64,000 nt of DNA from an uncultured Gemmataceae bacterium (GCA_963750165.1 CAVVPN010000004.1:1248001-1312000); one strand, 5' to 3'; shown: positions 28,499 to 38,157, counted from the stretch's first letter. Program-made: numbers and translations. Notes: generated by a model not told the origin, from the letters alone.

Positions 28499-29416
28499 TT
28501 ACACTACTACCGCTTCCGGTTCGGCCGTCCGGTGAGCACCGGCCAGTTGAGATACCGTGCCGAATGAAAAATCCTTCAACAGCCGGGCGAACCGGCTTGC
28601 AGTCTTGCCGATATTCAAATAGTGGCGCCAGTTCGACAGGAAGCCACCCTTTATCCTCGGCTGCTGGGGGTCAAACTCCCAGGGGTGTAGGTAGACCACG
28701 GCCGGGCGCCCTTCCCTGTTCAACTCGGCCAGGAATCTCCGGTTCATGGCATAGGGCATCATGCGAAAATAACCGCCGCCACCAACCGGCAGCGAAAACT
28801 GAAACCACTTGACGACGCTCAAGGGTATTTCGGTGATCATTCCAGCCCGCCGGAGCATCTGATAAGGCATTCCCGGGGAATGATTGATGCCGTATCGGTC
28901 GTGTTTGATCGGAAAAATGCTGGAATCGATGGTGAACCCCTCCTCAATGAGCACGTCCAGGGCCCAGAGGCTGCTGGCGTCGATGGAGAAACTCGGCGCC
29001 CGAAAGGCGCAAATCGCCGAGCCGCTGGCGTCTTCAATCACGCGCCTGGCCAGCCGAAGATCGTTCCGAAACGTCGCCGGTAATTGCCGGTATACCAACT
29101 GGTGCCAGTAACCATGACAGCCAACTTCGTGGCCTTCCTCTACAATTCGCCGGATGAGCTTCGGGTAGCGGTCGGCCACCCAGCCGAGGACAAAAAATGT
29201 GCCCTTGCTCGGCGTCTCCGCCAGTAAATCCAGGACGATGTTCGTCGCAAACTCGACCCGGGATCGGTAGCCCTCCCAGCTCCGCGGGCGGATCATTCTG
29301 GAAAACCCAGAAACGTGATAATAATCCTCAACGTCAATAGTGAGCGCGTTGGGCGGCAATGCGATGTTGCCAGTCCCCTGTGCATAACCCGTGACGGGCT
29401 CAGTGGTGCCGATCAT
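28499..29416 (-). CDS. Polysaccharide deacetylase, exosortase/PEP-CTERM-locus type (DUF3473)
   Basis: NALTIDVEDYYH, TFFVLGW, HEVGCHG, FRAPSFSI, GGGYFR and YLHPWEFDP. Confidence 0.9.
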   Translation of the reverse strand: MIGTTEPVTGYAQGTGNIALPPNALTIDVEDYYHVSGFSRMIRPRSWEGYRSRVEFATNIVLDLLAETPSKGTFFVLGWVADRYPKLIRRIVEEGHEVGCHGYWHQLVYRQLPATFRNDLRLARRVIEDASGSAICAFRAPSFSIDASSLWALDVLIEEGFTIDSSIFPIKHDRYGINHSPGMPYQMLRRAGMITEIPLSVVKWFQFSLPVGGGGYFRMMPYAMNRRFLAELNREGRPAVVYLHPWEFDPQQPRIKGGFLSNWRHYLNIGKTASRFARLLKDFSFGTVSQLAGAHRTAEPEAVVV

Positions 29417-30444
29417 GAATGCTCTCTCCTCTCTGATCGAAAGCTGCTGGCCCCCAAGAACAGTTCCTTGACCAGCCCCGTCGCGGTACCGAGGTGTACC
29501 GTGAGAAAAGCCGCGAACACCAAGAGCAACGTCAGCACGTCCGGTCGTCGCCGGTAATAGATACGAACCGTTTCCAGCAGCAGGGCCAGGAAGTATGCCA
29601 GCACGGCGGCCAGTTGCGGCAGCAACAACCAACGGCAAAACAGGACCGATAACGGGACAGCGATGAACAAAACCCACACCGCGAGCGGGCAACATAACGC
29701 CACGGAAAATGCGTCCGGATGTTTACGAATCAGCCGCGCCCGACCCCGCCCATACCGGACCATCTGGCGGAACAATCCCGCCAGAGTCGTCCGCGGCGCG
29801 TAGTCAAGGCGGATGGCCTCCGAGAAGAAACAGCTAAACCCCTTCCGGCGCAGGCGGTGATTCAGTTCCACGTCCTCACAGGCATCGAAACGTTCGTCGA
29901 AAAGGCCAGCCCTCGAGAACACGCCGCGGCGGTAGGCCACCGCGACACTGGTTGGGTCGGCGTACACGCTGCCGCCGGAGTAGATCAGGGACGATGGATT
30001 GTGACCGACCCAGGACGACCGCGCCAGCGCGATCGCGCGCTGAGCACGGGTTACACATTCACCCTCCAGCGGTTGGGGACGGCCCAGGCAGTCCGCATCG
30101 GAGATCTCAAACAGCCGAATAATTGACTTCAAATACTTCCGATCCTTCAGGTCGCAGTGGCCGTCCACGATCACCACGTAATCGCCGCTGGAGTTGTTAA
30201 CGCCGATATTCCGACCAGAACTGGCCAGCTTGCCGGGGTTATCTACCAGCGCCACGCAGGGGTAACGGTGCGCGAACCGGCGGACGACCTCTCGCGTATC
30301 GTCCACTGAGCGGCCGTCGGCGACGACCACCTCCAGAGCCCCGGTCGGCAAATCCTGCGAAACTAACTGGCTCAGGACTTTCTCAATGTAACGGGACTCG
30401 TTCCTGACCGGGACAACCACGCTGACCGTGGGGGCAATGGGCAT
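29413..30444 (-). CDS. Glycosyltransferase family 2 (ExoA-like)
   Basis: SVVVPVRNE, DGRSVD, VDGH, EDVELNHR, RQMVRYG and C-terminal TM segments. Confidence 0.9.
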   Translation of the reverse strand: MPIAPTVSVVVPVRNESRYIEKVLSQLVSQDLPTGALEVVVADGRSVDDTREVVRRFAHRYPCVALVDNPGKLASSGRNIGVNNSSGDYVVIVDGHCDLKDRKYLKSIIRLFEISDADCLGRPQPLEGECVTRAQRAIALARSSWVGHNPSSLIYSGGSVYADPTSVAVAYRRGVFSRAGLFDERFDACEDVELNHRLRRKGFSCFFSEAIRLDYAPRTTLAGLFRQMVRYGRGRARLIRKHPDAFSVALCCPLAVWVLFIAVPLSVLFCRWLLLPQLAAVLAYFLALLLETVRIYYRRRPDVLTLLLVFAAFLTVHLGTATGLVKELFLGASSFRSERREHS

Positions 30445-30501
30445 GCGGTGTTTTCCTCCCATGGAATGGACCCGTCCGTATTTGGTGATCGCATCTCGGT
30501 C

Positions 30502-31143
30502 TTACCGAGCCAGCGCCAATACTTCCTCCTCCAGGGCACGCGCCAGGCGGGGCAGGAGGTCGCCGCACACATCCGGGCTGGGCGCGTCGTTGAGGTTCTC
30601 CAGTTCGTGAAGGACGTATAACTTGTGCAACACCTTGTTGCGATGAAAGCTCAGGCGCGGGTTTTTGGAAACCGTCCAGTTCCCGTCGGCGTACCACGTC
30701 CAGTAGATGCGCAGGTTGTTCTGTTTACCGGTTCGGTTTTTCTTGAACCGGGCGGTATACACGTCTCCGGTTCGACCGTCGGTACAGGTAAACGATTCGG
30801 TGGATTGCGGATCCATGTCATAGCCGATGGCGGCATAACAGACATCGGGCGTGTGAATCGACACCTTGCCGGGCCGGCCGCACCCCAGGAACACCTTGAT
30901 GCGCTTGCCCGTCTCCGCATGCTGGTAAAGCACCTCAATGCTGGCCGCCAGACCGCTGGCCTTACCGGTGTGATTGTCCAGCACCTCGCCCTTCCACGGG
31001 CCAAGTTCCATCGGGAAGTGCTGGAAATTGTTTACCGCCGCCTCCAGGTCCTGCGGGTCCATCCAGCGGTCGGTCCACATCCCGTGGACGATGCCCGAGG
31101 CAAGAATCAGGCCGCCACAGGTCAGCAACGCGAGAGCCTTCAT
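30502..31143 (-). CDS. Exosortase-associated EpsI family protein
   Basis: N-terminal anchor with HGMWTDRW, P..LGPWKG, IHTPDVCY and RIYWTW; lies next to wzc and the exosortase gene. Confidence 0.8.
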   Translation of the reverse strand: MKALALLTCGGLILASGIVHGMWTDRWMDPQDLEAAVNNFQHFPMELGPWKGEVLDNHTGKASGLAASIEVLYQHAETGKRIKVFLGCGRPGKVSIHTPDVCYAAIGYDMDPQSTESFTCTDGRTGDVYTARFKKNRTGKQNNLRIYWTWYADGNWTVSKNPRLSFHRNKVLHKLYVLHELENLNDAPSPDVCGDLLPRLARALEEEVLALAR

Positions 31144-31166
31144 GGCTATTCCTTTCGTCATTCCGT

Positions 31167-33413
31167 TTACGCGCTCGCCATCTCCGCCGGGATGCCGCTC
31201 AGCACCGCTCCCAGCACCGGAACCTCCAGGGCGATCAGGCGGTTCAGGGCGTTACCCACCCAGGGCGACCGGCTTACGTTCCGCATCAGGGAAATCAACA
31301 CCGCGTCCACATGCTGGGCAATCAGCAGCGAGTCCGTCGCGGCCAGGAGCGGGTGTGAGTCGATGATGATAAAATCATATTCCTCTTTCAGTTGGCTAAT
31401 GAACTCCGAGAGGATCGGCGTGGCGAGTTCCTGGATCACCTCGCGGTCCCACTGACCAGCCGGAATGAATGACAGGTTCGGGTGCGTCGTCGTGGGCCGG
31501 ATGGACGCCTCCACCGGCACCTCGCGGGCCAACACCTCACAGAACCCGGGCTGCAACGTCTGCTCAAACACCTGATGGAGCGTCGGCCGGCGAAAGTCGC
31601 AATCGACCAGCAGCGTCCGCTTCCCCGTTGCGGCCAGGCTCACGGCCACGTTGTAGGCGAAGGTGGATTTTCCCTCGCCGGCGGCGGCGCTGGTCACCAT
31701 GATGAGGCGGGCCGGGTCGGACGTTTGGCGGCGCAACAACATCGTGCGAATGCAGTCCACCGACTCGATCAGGTCGCGGGAACTACTCATGTCCATTTCA
31801 AAGAAACTGCACACCTTCCGCGGTCGAGCGATCCCCAGGGGCGGGATGGTACCGACCACGCGCAGGCCGAACTGATTCGTTACCTCGTTGGGGGATTGGA
31901 TCTTGCCCATGCGGCATTCAAAGTATGCGATGCCCAGGCAAACCGAACCCGCCGCGAACAGCGGGGCCAGCAGGATGATGATGAGTCGCTTCTTCGCGTC
32001 CTTCACCTGCCAGACGGCTTCCTGACAGAGCGACACCCGCGGCTCGGATTCCACCTCGATCTGAAACAGTTTCAACTGATCGAGGAGCCCGCCGAGCTTT
32101 GTCTGATCCTGCTGAATGTCGATGTTCAGGATTTCGATCTTACTATTCCAGAAACTGAGGTCTTCGGTCTCTTTTTTCAGTACTCCGACCCGGTCGCTCA
32201 TCTTCTTCATCTGCGTTTGCAGGGGGCCCAGTTCCGCACGCAGCACTTCCACATTCCCCCGGTGCTCGGCTTCCAGTTTCGCTCGCGCACCTTCCAGGAT
32301 TTTCGCCTTCAACTGTTTGCTGTAGTCGTCAATCTCCTTTTTGAGCATGGTAATCTGATTCACAATGTTCCGGTAGTGCGAATCGGTCGGTGGGTGGATC
32401 CCCTGGATGCTACTGAACGTCGAACTAAGTCTCGACAGTTTGTCCATTTTTGCCTTCATCTCTGGATCGGCGTTGATTTCTGGACCCAGTGAACCAGCGC
32501 GGATGTCATCCTCGCTCACAACTTTTTTCACGGACTGGTAGGCTTCAATTTTCTGTTTGAGCTTCTGTTCGTCATATGTGAGCCGATCCATCTCCCGTTG
32601 CGCTTCCAGCAGCCGGGCCTGGCAACTCTGAAACTTGGCAATCAGCGAGAGCGGGTCGTTCACTCCCTGGACCTTGATGAGGTTCTTTCGCTCGTTAATC
32701 TTTGTTTCGAGTTTGTCGCGGGCGTCGTTTACGATCCTTTTCAACTTCTCGACCCGGTCCATTTTTCCCTGGGCTTCCTTGCCGCTGACGATGTTCAGGT
32801 ACGAATTCGTCAAGCCGTTCGCCAAAATGACCAACTCTTCCGGGTCATCTCCCGAAACGGTCAGGGTGAGGAGTTCGTTGCCGTCCTGGAAGTCAATCTT
32901 GATCTCGTCCTCCAGCCAGGTCAGGGTGCTCACCACATCACGGAACTGGCGGATCATCTGGAGGTTTCGCACCTGGTCCTGTTTCAACGCCCCGAGATAC
33001 ACGTCACGACTCTTGATGCGGGTCGCCTGCGTCTTCATGAAGGTCGAAAAGTCGTTGCGGAAATTACCGCGCTCGATGAGCGGATTCGTGTAGGCCGACA
33101 CCTGTAACGTCGAGTATGCGGAAAACTTGGTCGGCACCAGCACCCAGGCCAGCGCCCCGGCGGCGGCGGCGGCGATGGCGGCGAAGCAGACTGCGACCAT
33201 CCAGCGGCGCTGCAAGGCGCCGAGCAGCGCCGGCAGGCTCGGCGCCCCGGATTGCCTTTGCGGCGGTAGCGCTGGCGGCTGGTAGTAACCGGCGGGGGCC
33301 AGTTCTTCGCTCTGGAACACGGGAGCACGGTACGGCAGCAGCGGCCCGGCGGGCAGCGTCTTTTCCGGCTTCCCCTGCGGCAACTCCGGGCTATCCACTT
33401 CGCTCGACAACAC
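31167..33413 (-). CDS. wzc: Wzc-like polysaccharide copolymerase / BY-kinase
   Basis: GTG at 33413 after GAGGAG; two TM segments flanking a coiled coil; Walker A AGEGKST, A' LLVDCD and B IIIDSHP. Confidence 0.88.
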   Translation of the reverse strand: MLSSEVDSPELPQGKPEKTLPAGPLLPYRAPVFQSEELAPAGYYQPPALPPQRQSGAPSLPALLGALQRRWMVAVCFAAIAAAAAGALAWVLVPTKFSAYSTLQVSAYTNPLIERGNFRNDFSTFMKTQATRIKSRDVYLGALKQDQVRNLQMIRQFRDVVSTLTWLEDEIKIDFQDGNELLTLTVSGDDPEELVILANGLTNSYLNIVSGKEAQGKMDRVEKLKRIVNDARDKLETKINERKNLIKVQGVNDPLSLIAKFQSCQARLLEAQREMDRLTYDEQKLKQKIEAYQSVKKVVSEDDIRAGSLGPEINADPEMKAKMDKLSRLSSTFSSIQGIHPPTDSHYRNIVNQITMLKKEIDDYSKQLKAKILEGARAKLEAEHRGNVEVLRAELGPLQTQMKKMSDRVGVLKKETEDLSFWNSKIEILNIDIQQDQTKLGGLLDQLKLFQIEVESEPRVSLCQEAVWQVKDAKKRLIIILLAPLFAAGSVCLGIAYFECRMGKIQSPNEVTNQFGLRVVGTIPPLGIARPRKVCSFFEMDMSSSRDLIESVDCIRTMLLRRQTSDPARLIMVTSAAAGEGKSTFAYNVAVSLAATGKRTLLVDCDFRRPTLHQVFEQTLQPGFCEVLAREVPVEASIRPTTTHPNLSFIPAGQWDREVIQELATPILSEFISQLKEEYDFIIIDSHPLLAATDSLLIAQHVDAVLISLMRNVSRSPWVGNALNRLIALEVPVLGAVLSGIPAEMASA

Positions 33414-33474
33414 GGATTCTCTCCTCTGTTTCTGGACGTGGTGACGGGATCGAAACCGGTGATGGGACGGTCGC

Positions 33475-34465
33475 TTACTGGGCGGTCGGCTCCGGGACGG
33501 ACGTGTTCGCCGGCGGCACGGCCTGCTGCTGGGCACGCAGGATGCGGTTGCGCCGCACCCGCGCCTGAATACCTGGGGCGCCACCGGCATCGGCGCGACC
33601 GGGGACTGGTCCGCATCTGCGAGGAACAACCGTTTGAGGACGAGCAGCTCCAGGCCCAGCAGCGCCAGGGCCACGGGCATCATCAACCAGCCGGCCAGGT
33701 CGTGGAACACGGCTTCGGCAATCTCCTTGCCGGCAGCCTCATAGAGCACGCCCGTAATGGTGATGCGCAGGATATTGGCGAAGAGGGCGATTGGCGCCGC
33801 GCTGGCCACCACTAGCACGCGCTCCCATAACGGTTTGTTCAGGAACATGGCGACCGCGGTCGCGATGGCGAAGAACACAAATAACATGCGCAGACCGCTG
33901 CAGGCCTCGACCACACCCAACTCAAATTCGTTCAGCAAAATAACATTAGCCTCGGCCACGGCGGGGCGGCCCAGAACCTGTAACGCAAAGGTGCTCGCCT
34001 CCGTGGCCATCCGCTGCAACGGCGCCGCGAATTGAATGGAGAAATTGTAAGGCAACGGGATCATGAAGCCGAGAAAGGCGATGGCCGGCCAGGCGTGGCG
34101 CAGGGCCGTCCAGCCGCCGTACAGCACGACCAACCCGGCGATGCCGGCAACAGCGAAATCGGGTCGAGGTAGACGTAGTGGAAATAGGTGCCGGCGAGAC
34201 GCAGCACGGTGGCGGCTAACACGATGGCCAGGCCCCAGGCACGGCCGGTCAAGCCGCTGTCCAGCAGGGCCTTGCGACGGCCCCACAGCACGACCAGGGA
34301 AAACAGCGGCACCAGGTAGCCGTGCGAATATTGCGGCTCGTGCTCCCAGCGCTCCGCCATCTCGGTCAGGGTCGGCCAGTAGGCCCAGAACAGGCCCGCG
34401 GTCAGGAAACCGAGCATGATCGTGCTGAACCCCAGGCCCCGACGCTCGCCCGTTGCATGTTCCAT
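33475..34465 (-). CDS. Exosortase family protein; frameshifts near 34150 and 33570
   Basis: PQYSHGYLVP, VVEACSGLR (Cys), ANILRI (Arg) and FHD (His). Probable true C-terminus ...VPEPTAQ* at 33475. Confidence 0.88.
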
Positions 34466-35027
34466 TTTCGCAGCCCTCCCTGGCAGCTCGGCGATTGATC
34501 CTACTCCTGACCAGTGGTCCAGGAGCGGTTTCCCAGCAAACCCCGTCGGCCCGGTTGACTTCCTTGCACCGGGCGTTGCTTCCTGCGGGCGGCGACCGGC
34601 GTTTACCGGCCTTCCTGGTTCTCAGGCTTCCGCCGCCTGATGGGGGCATCTTACATTCACTGCGCGAATGAAGTCAACCAGGGTTTGGAGAAGACCTGGG
34701 GTGGCGTTTGATTTTCGTAGTGCGGGTGGGCCCGCCTGCACAGGGAGCGTGTGCAGGCGGGCCCACCCGCACCACGGCAATGGCAAACTTATCCAGCCCG
34801 CCCAGGTTCGTTGGACTGGGAAATTAGGGAAGGCGAGGAAGAGACTCTGAATTTGAGAATGGAAAACCTACATCGGCCGCAGGAACCTGGCAAAGTCCAT
34901 TACAACGCGACCCTGCTACAACCGATGGGAAGAGCAGAATGGGATGTTCCCATCCATCACGCACGGAGGCTGCGCGCGGGACTTTTTGGCCCGGGCCCCA
35001 GGGAACAGGATGCTCAGGAGACGGGAC

Positions 35028-36464
35028 ATGCCACACGGACGACGGAGGGGCTGGCCGTTGCCAGCGGTCATTTGCCTGTCGTGCGGGTTCCTGGCGTCGG
35101 GGTGCGCGATCACCCCGACCACCGGCGACGCCAAGCCGGCGCCCATGTGGACCGCGAAGGGCAGCCCGGCCCGGGCCAACGGTCAAACGCCCACGGTCCA
35201 GGCGGCGAACCAGCAGGCAGACAGCATTCAGCCGCGGGCCATCCTGAGCTACAGCATTGCCGTCAAGAACGGCCCGCCCGGCCTGTCCCTGGGGCAGGGG
35301 CAGGCCATCGTCGGCCCGGACGGCACCGCTGTCGTGGGGGCGTACGGATCCATTATCGTCAAGGACTTGACCGTAGCGCAGGCGACCGCGGTCATCGAAA
35401 AACACATCGCCGGGGCCGAACCGCGTTACACGCCGGTCGTGCGCCTGGCCCTGGTCGGGCCGATCCAGCAGGCCCAGGCCCTCGGCGAATGGTCCGCGCC
35501 GCCGCGGGGCAACGAGGCGTCCGTCGTCCCCGGCGTGGTTCCGTGGAACGGCACCAAAACCAACCCGGCGCCCAAAGCCACCCCAACGCCGCCGGTCCTG
35601 ACGCCGGCTCAAAAAACGGTGCCGGACGCGCTGGGGGGGATGCAGTGGCAAAAGGGGCCCGCGGCGGAAGAACTGCCGAACCCGCGAACCATGAACCCGC
35701 CGGCCGACGCGGGTCAAGCAGCACCCGGGGCGGTCGATCCGTCGCACCCGCCGCTGGCGCCGTACCCGCCGGTGCCGACCGAAGGCAACAAGGTGACGCT
35801 GCCGATTTATCGCGTGGCGCCGCCGGACATCCTGCAGATCAACGCGGCGGAAGCCCTGCTGACGCAACCCGTCTTCGGGCCGCATCTGGTGCGGCCGGAC
35901 GGCAGCGTGAGCATCGGAGCCTACGGCTCGGCGTATGTCGCCGGACTCACCCTGGACGAGGCCAAGATGGCCATTGCTCGCGTCATTTACGCCCGGCTCA
36001 ACCAGAAAGAAAAGACGCTCGACGATGTCTACAAGGGCCTGGCCGTGGACGTGGCAGCCTATAACAGCAACGTCTATTACGTCATCACGGATCGCGTTGG
36101 CTTTGGCGAGATCGTGGTACGGCTGCCGATCACCGGCAACGAAACCGTTCTGGACGCGATCGGCCATGTCAACGGTTTGCCCCCGGAATCGGCCCGTGGG
36201 CAAATCTGGGTGGCGCGGCGCAGCGCCGACGCGCACAAGGAAATCGTCCTGCCGGTGGACTGGTGCGGCATCACGCAACATGGACTCATGACCACCAACT
36301 ACCAGGTGCTGCCGGGCGACCGGGTCTTCGTGAAGGCGTCGCGGCTGATTACCTTTAACTTCGTGCTGGGCAAGTTCCTGGCCCCAATCGAGCGACTGTT
36401 CGGCGTGACCCTGCTCGCCAGCCAGGCGGTCAACTCGATCAGCAGCGGCGGGACGGTGCGGTGA
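35028..36464 (+). CDS. Polysaccharide export lipoprotein (Wza/OPX-like)
   Basis: Lipobox LASGC, YRVAPPDIL, LVRPDGSV..G.YG...VAGLTL, TGNETVLDAI and NYQVLPGDRVFV. Confidence 0.88.
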   Translation: MPHGRRRGWPLPAVICLSCGFLASGCAITPTTGDAKPAPMWTAKGSPARANGQTPTVQAANQQADSIQPRAILSYSIAVKNGPPGLSLGQGQAIVGPDGTAVVGAYGSIIVKDLTVAQATAVIEKHIAGAEPRYTPVVRLALVGPIQQAQALGEWSAPPRGNEASVVPGVVPWNGTKTNPAPKATPTPPVLTPAQKTVPDALGGMQWQKGPAAEELPNPRTMNPPADAGQAAPGAVDPSHPPLAPYPPVPTEGNKVTLPIYRVAPPDILQINAAEALLTQPVFGPHLVRPDGSVSIGAYGSAYVAGLTLDEAKMAIARVIYARLNQKEKTLDDVYKGLAVDVAAYNSNVYYVITDRVGFGEIVVRLPITGNETVLDAIGHVNGLPPESARGQIWVARRSADAHKEIVLPVDWCGITQHGLMTTNYQVLPGDRVFVKASRLITFNFVLGKFLAPIERLFGVTLLASQAVNSISSGGTVR

Positions 36465-36484
36465 CGGCGGCCGCCTGCGGCCCC

Positions 36485-36512
36485 TTGACAGTGGTTCGGA
36501 TTGGGTTAGCTT
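36485..36512 (+). promoter_or_regulatory. Candidate sigma70-type promoter
   Basis: TTGACA-N16-TAGCTT upstream of the Gly-rich gene. Confidence 0.3.
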
Positions 36513-36531
36513 ACTGATGAGAGAGGGGATA

Positions 36532-36608
36532 ATGCCTGGGCGAGCGGCGCGGCGTCAGCCGGTGACGGCACTACCAGCGGGCTGACGCCACGCCGCTCGC
36601 CCAGGCAT
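36532..36608. repeat. 29-bp inverted repeat (REP-like/hairpin)
   Basis: ATGCCTGGGCGAGCGGCGCGGCGTCAGCC and its reverse complement with one mismatch. Confidence 0.7.
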
Positions 36609-36678
36609 GACCCTGGCCGGGCTGGACTCAGAAATAAACGTCGGGTTCGCGATTCGTACTCGAAATCAGGAAACCAAC

Positions 36679-37227
36679 ATGAACCGATTCCTTATGCGTG
36701 TTGCGGTGCCGGTGGTCCTGCTCGCCGGGCTGGCCCGCCCCTGTTACGCCCAATACGGCGGGGGATATGGCGGGGGCTTCGGCGGCGGTTACGGCGGCGG
36801 CTTCGGCGGCGGCTTCGGCGCGAGCTATGGCGGCTTCGGCGGCGGTTACGGCGGCGGTTACGGCGGGGGCTTCGGCGGTTACGGCGGGGGCTCGAACGTG
36901 ACCCCGTACCTCGGCCTGCTCACCGGAAATCCGGCCGCCAACTACACCCGGCTGGTGCAGCCCTTCACCCAACCGCAGCGCTTTGACAGCCGCTTCCAGT
37001 ACCAGAATCTCGGCAACTTCCAGCAAACGCTTCCGCCCCTCGAGGTGGCCGCCGAGCGCCTGCCGCAGAACCCCCCGACCGGCCACCCGGTCGGCTTCCT
37101 GAACTATGGCTCGTTCTACCCCCTCGCTTACAGCGGCCCCCGGGGTGGGTCCACCTTCCTGAGCCCCTTCCAGCTGCGGCAGCAGACCCAGCCGGCCCAG
37201 GCAGGCCAGCCGACCCGGACCCGCTAA
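36679..37227 (+). CDS. Secreted glycine-rich low-complexity protein
   Basis: AGGA RBS, signal peptide ending CYA, GG(Y/F)G repeats and a Q/P-rich C-terminus. Confidence 0.75.
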   Translation: MNRFLMRVAVPVVLLAGLARPCYAQYGGGYGGGFGGGYGGGFGGGFGASYGGFGGGYGGGYGGGFGGYGGGSNVTPYLGLLTGNPAANYTRLVQPFTQPQRFDSRFQYQNLGNFQQTLPPLEVAAERLPQNPPTGHPVGFLNYGSFYPLAYSGPRGGSTFLSPFQLRQQTQPAQAGQPTRTR

Positions 37228-37234
37228 TCCGGAG

Positions 37235-37404
37235 GATTCACCACAGCGAGCGCAGAGAAAAGACAGCAGAGTCGATCCACAGATGACACCGATGGAACAC
37301 AGATAAAAACAAATTCAAATGTCTTTATCTGCGTGCATCGGTGTCATCTGTGGATCGACTCTGCTGTCTTTTCTCTGCGCTCGCTGCGTGCTCTGTGGTG
37401 AATC
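37235..37404. repeat. ~170-bp near-perfect palindrome between convergent genes
   Basis: GATTCACCACAG..GCGCAGAGAAAAGACAGCAGAGTCGATCCACAGATGACACCGATG is mirrored on the other side of an A-rich loop. Confidence 0.85.
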
Positions 37405-37410
37405 ATCACT

Positions 37411-38019
37411 TCACCTGGCCGCGCGTCTGAGGCGGTTTCTGCGCCAGGCACAGAAGCCCGTCACGCCGGCGCCGATCAGCGCCGACATCAGCGAGGCCGG
37501 TTCGGGCACCGAGCTGACCGGCGGCGCCTGCGGCGGCGGCGGCACCACGGGCGGCCCCTGCGGCGACCAGCACCAGGACTGCCATTGCCAGGTCTGGGTG
37601 TACGGCGATACCACGGGCGGCGGCGTGACCACGGGAGTGATCACAGGAGTAACGACGGGAGTGGTCGTGGGTGCCGGGTTGTAGCTGATGACCACCGCCG
37701 TCTGCGCCAGCACACTGGCCCGCACGAACAGCTCGCGGAGAGCCGCCTCGTCCCCCGGTTGCAGGTGCCGGAGCGCATCCTCCCAGTCCCCCTCAGCGCC
37801 GGCATCGGGGCGCGGCGACTCGTCCTGCGGCTGGAACTGCTGGCCTGGTTGGCCAGCCACGGCCGCCAGGACCACGGGCACGCCGGCCGTCGTTACGACC
37901 GCGGGAGAACGCGGGACCAGGTGATCCGCCCGGGCCGCCGGCGCGAAGCCCACCGCCAGCACGGCCGCCGTCAGGAGCGCCAGTCCAGGCCACAGCCGAG
38001 AAGGTTTCCTGGTTTTCAT
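37411..38019 (-). CDS. PEP-CTERM sorting domain protein
   Basis: Signal peptide (ARA), Thr/Pro-rich linker, and C-terminal VPEPAS + TM + RRNRLRR. Confidence 0.9.
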   Translation of the reverse strand: MKTRKPSRLWPGLALLTAAVLAVGFAPAARADHLVPRSPAVVTTAGVPVVLAAVAGQPGQQFQPQDESPRPDAGAEGDWEDALRHLQPGDEAALRELFVRASVLAQTAVVISYNPAPTTTPVVTPVITPVVTPPPVVSPYTQTWQWQSWCWSPQGPPVVPPPPQAPPVSSVPEPASLMSALIGAGVTGFCAWRRNRLRRAAR

Positions 38020-38157
38020 ATGGCTTGACCCCTTATGCTCATCTCATTCCGGCCGTCCGTGCAGCACGAACGGCAATGGGAGGCGGATACTAGCGACTTG
38101 GGTTCTCCCTGAAAAGCTCAAATTCGGGTCTTTTGATGCTGGGAATTCTGGGGAAGA

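Noticed and set aside
31167..34649. 1160-aa exosortase-Wzc fusion in the ORF track
   Set aside because: The joining segment is out-of-frame-looking Arg/Ser/Pro text. Another frame gives a clean exosortase end (VPEPTAQ*, 33475), and wzc has its own GAGGAG plus GTG at 33413. This is a frameshift artefact.
34466..35027. Sigma54 promoter or PrsR-type enhancer expected for PEP-CTERM loci
   Set aside because: The TGGC hits I found lack a correctly spaced TTGC/GC element, so nothing is supportable by eye.
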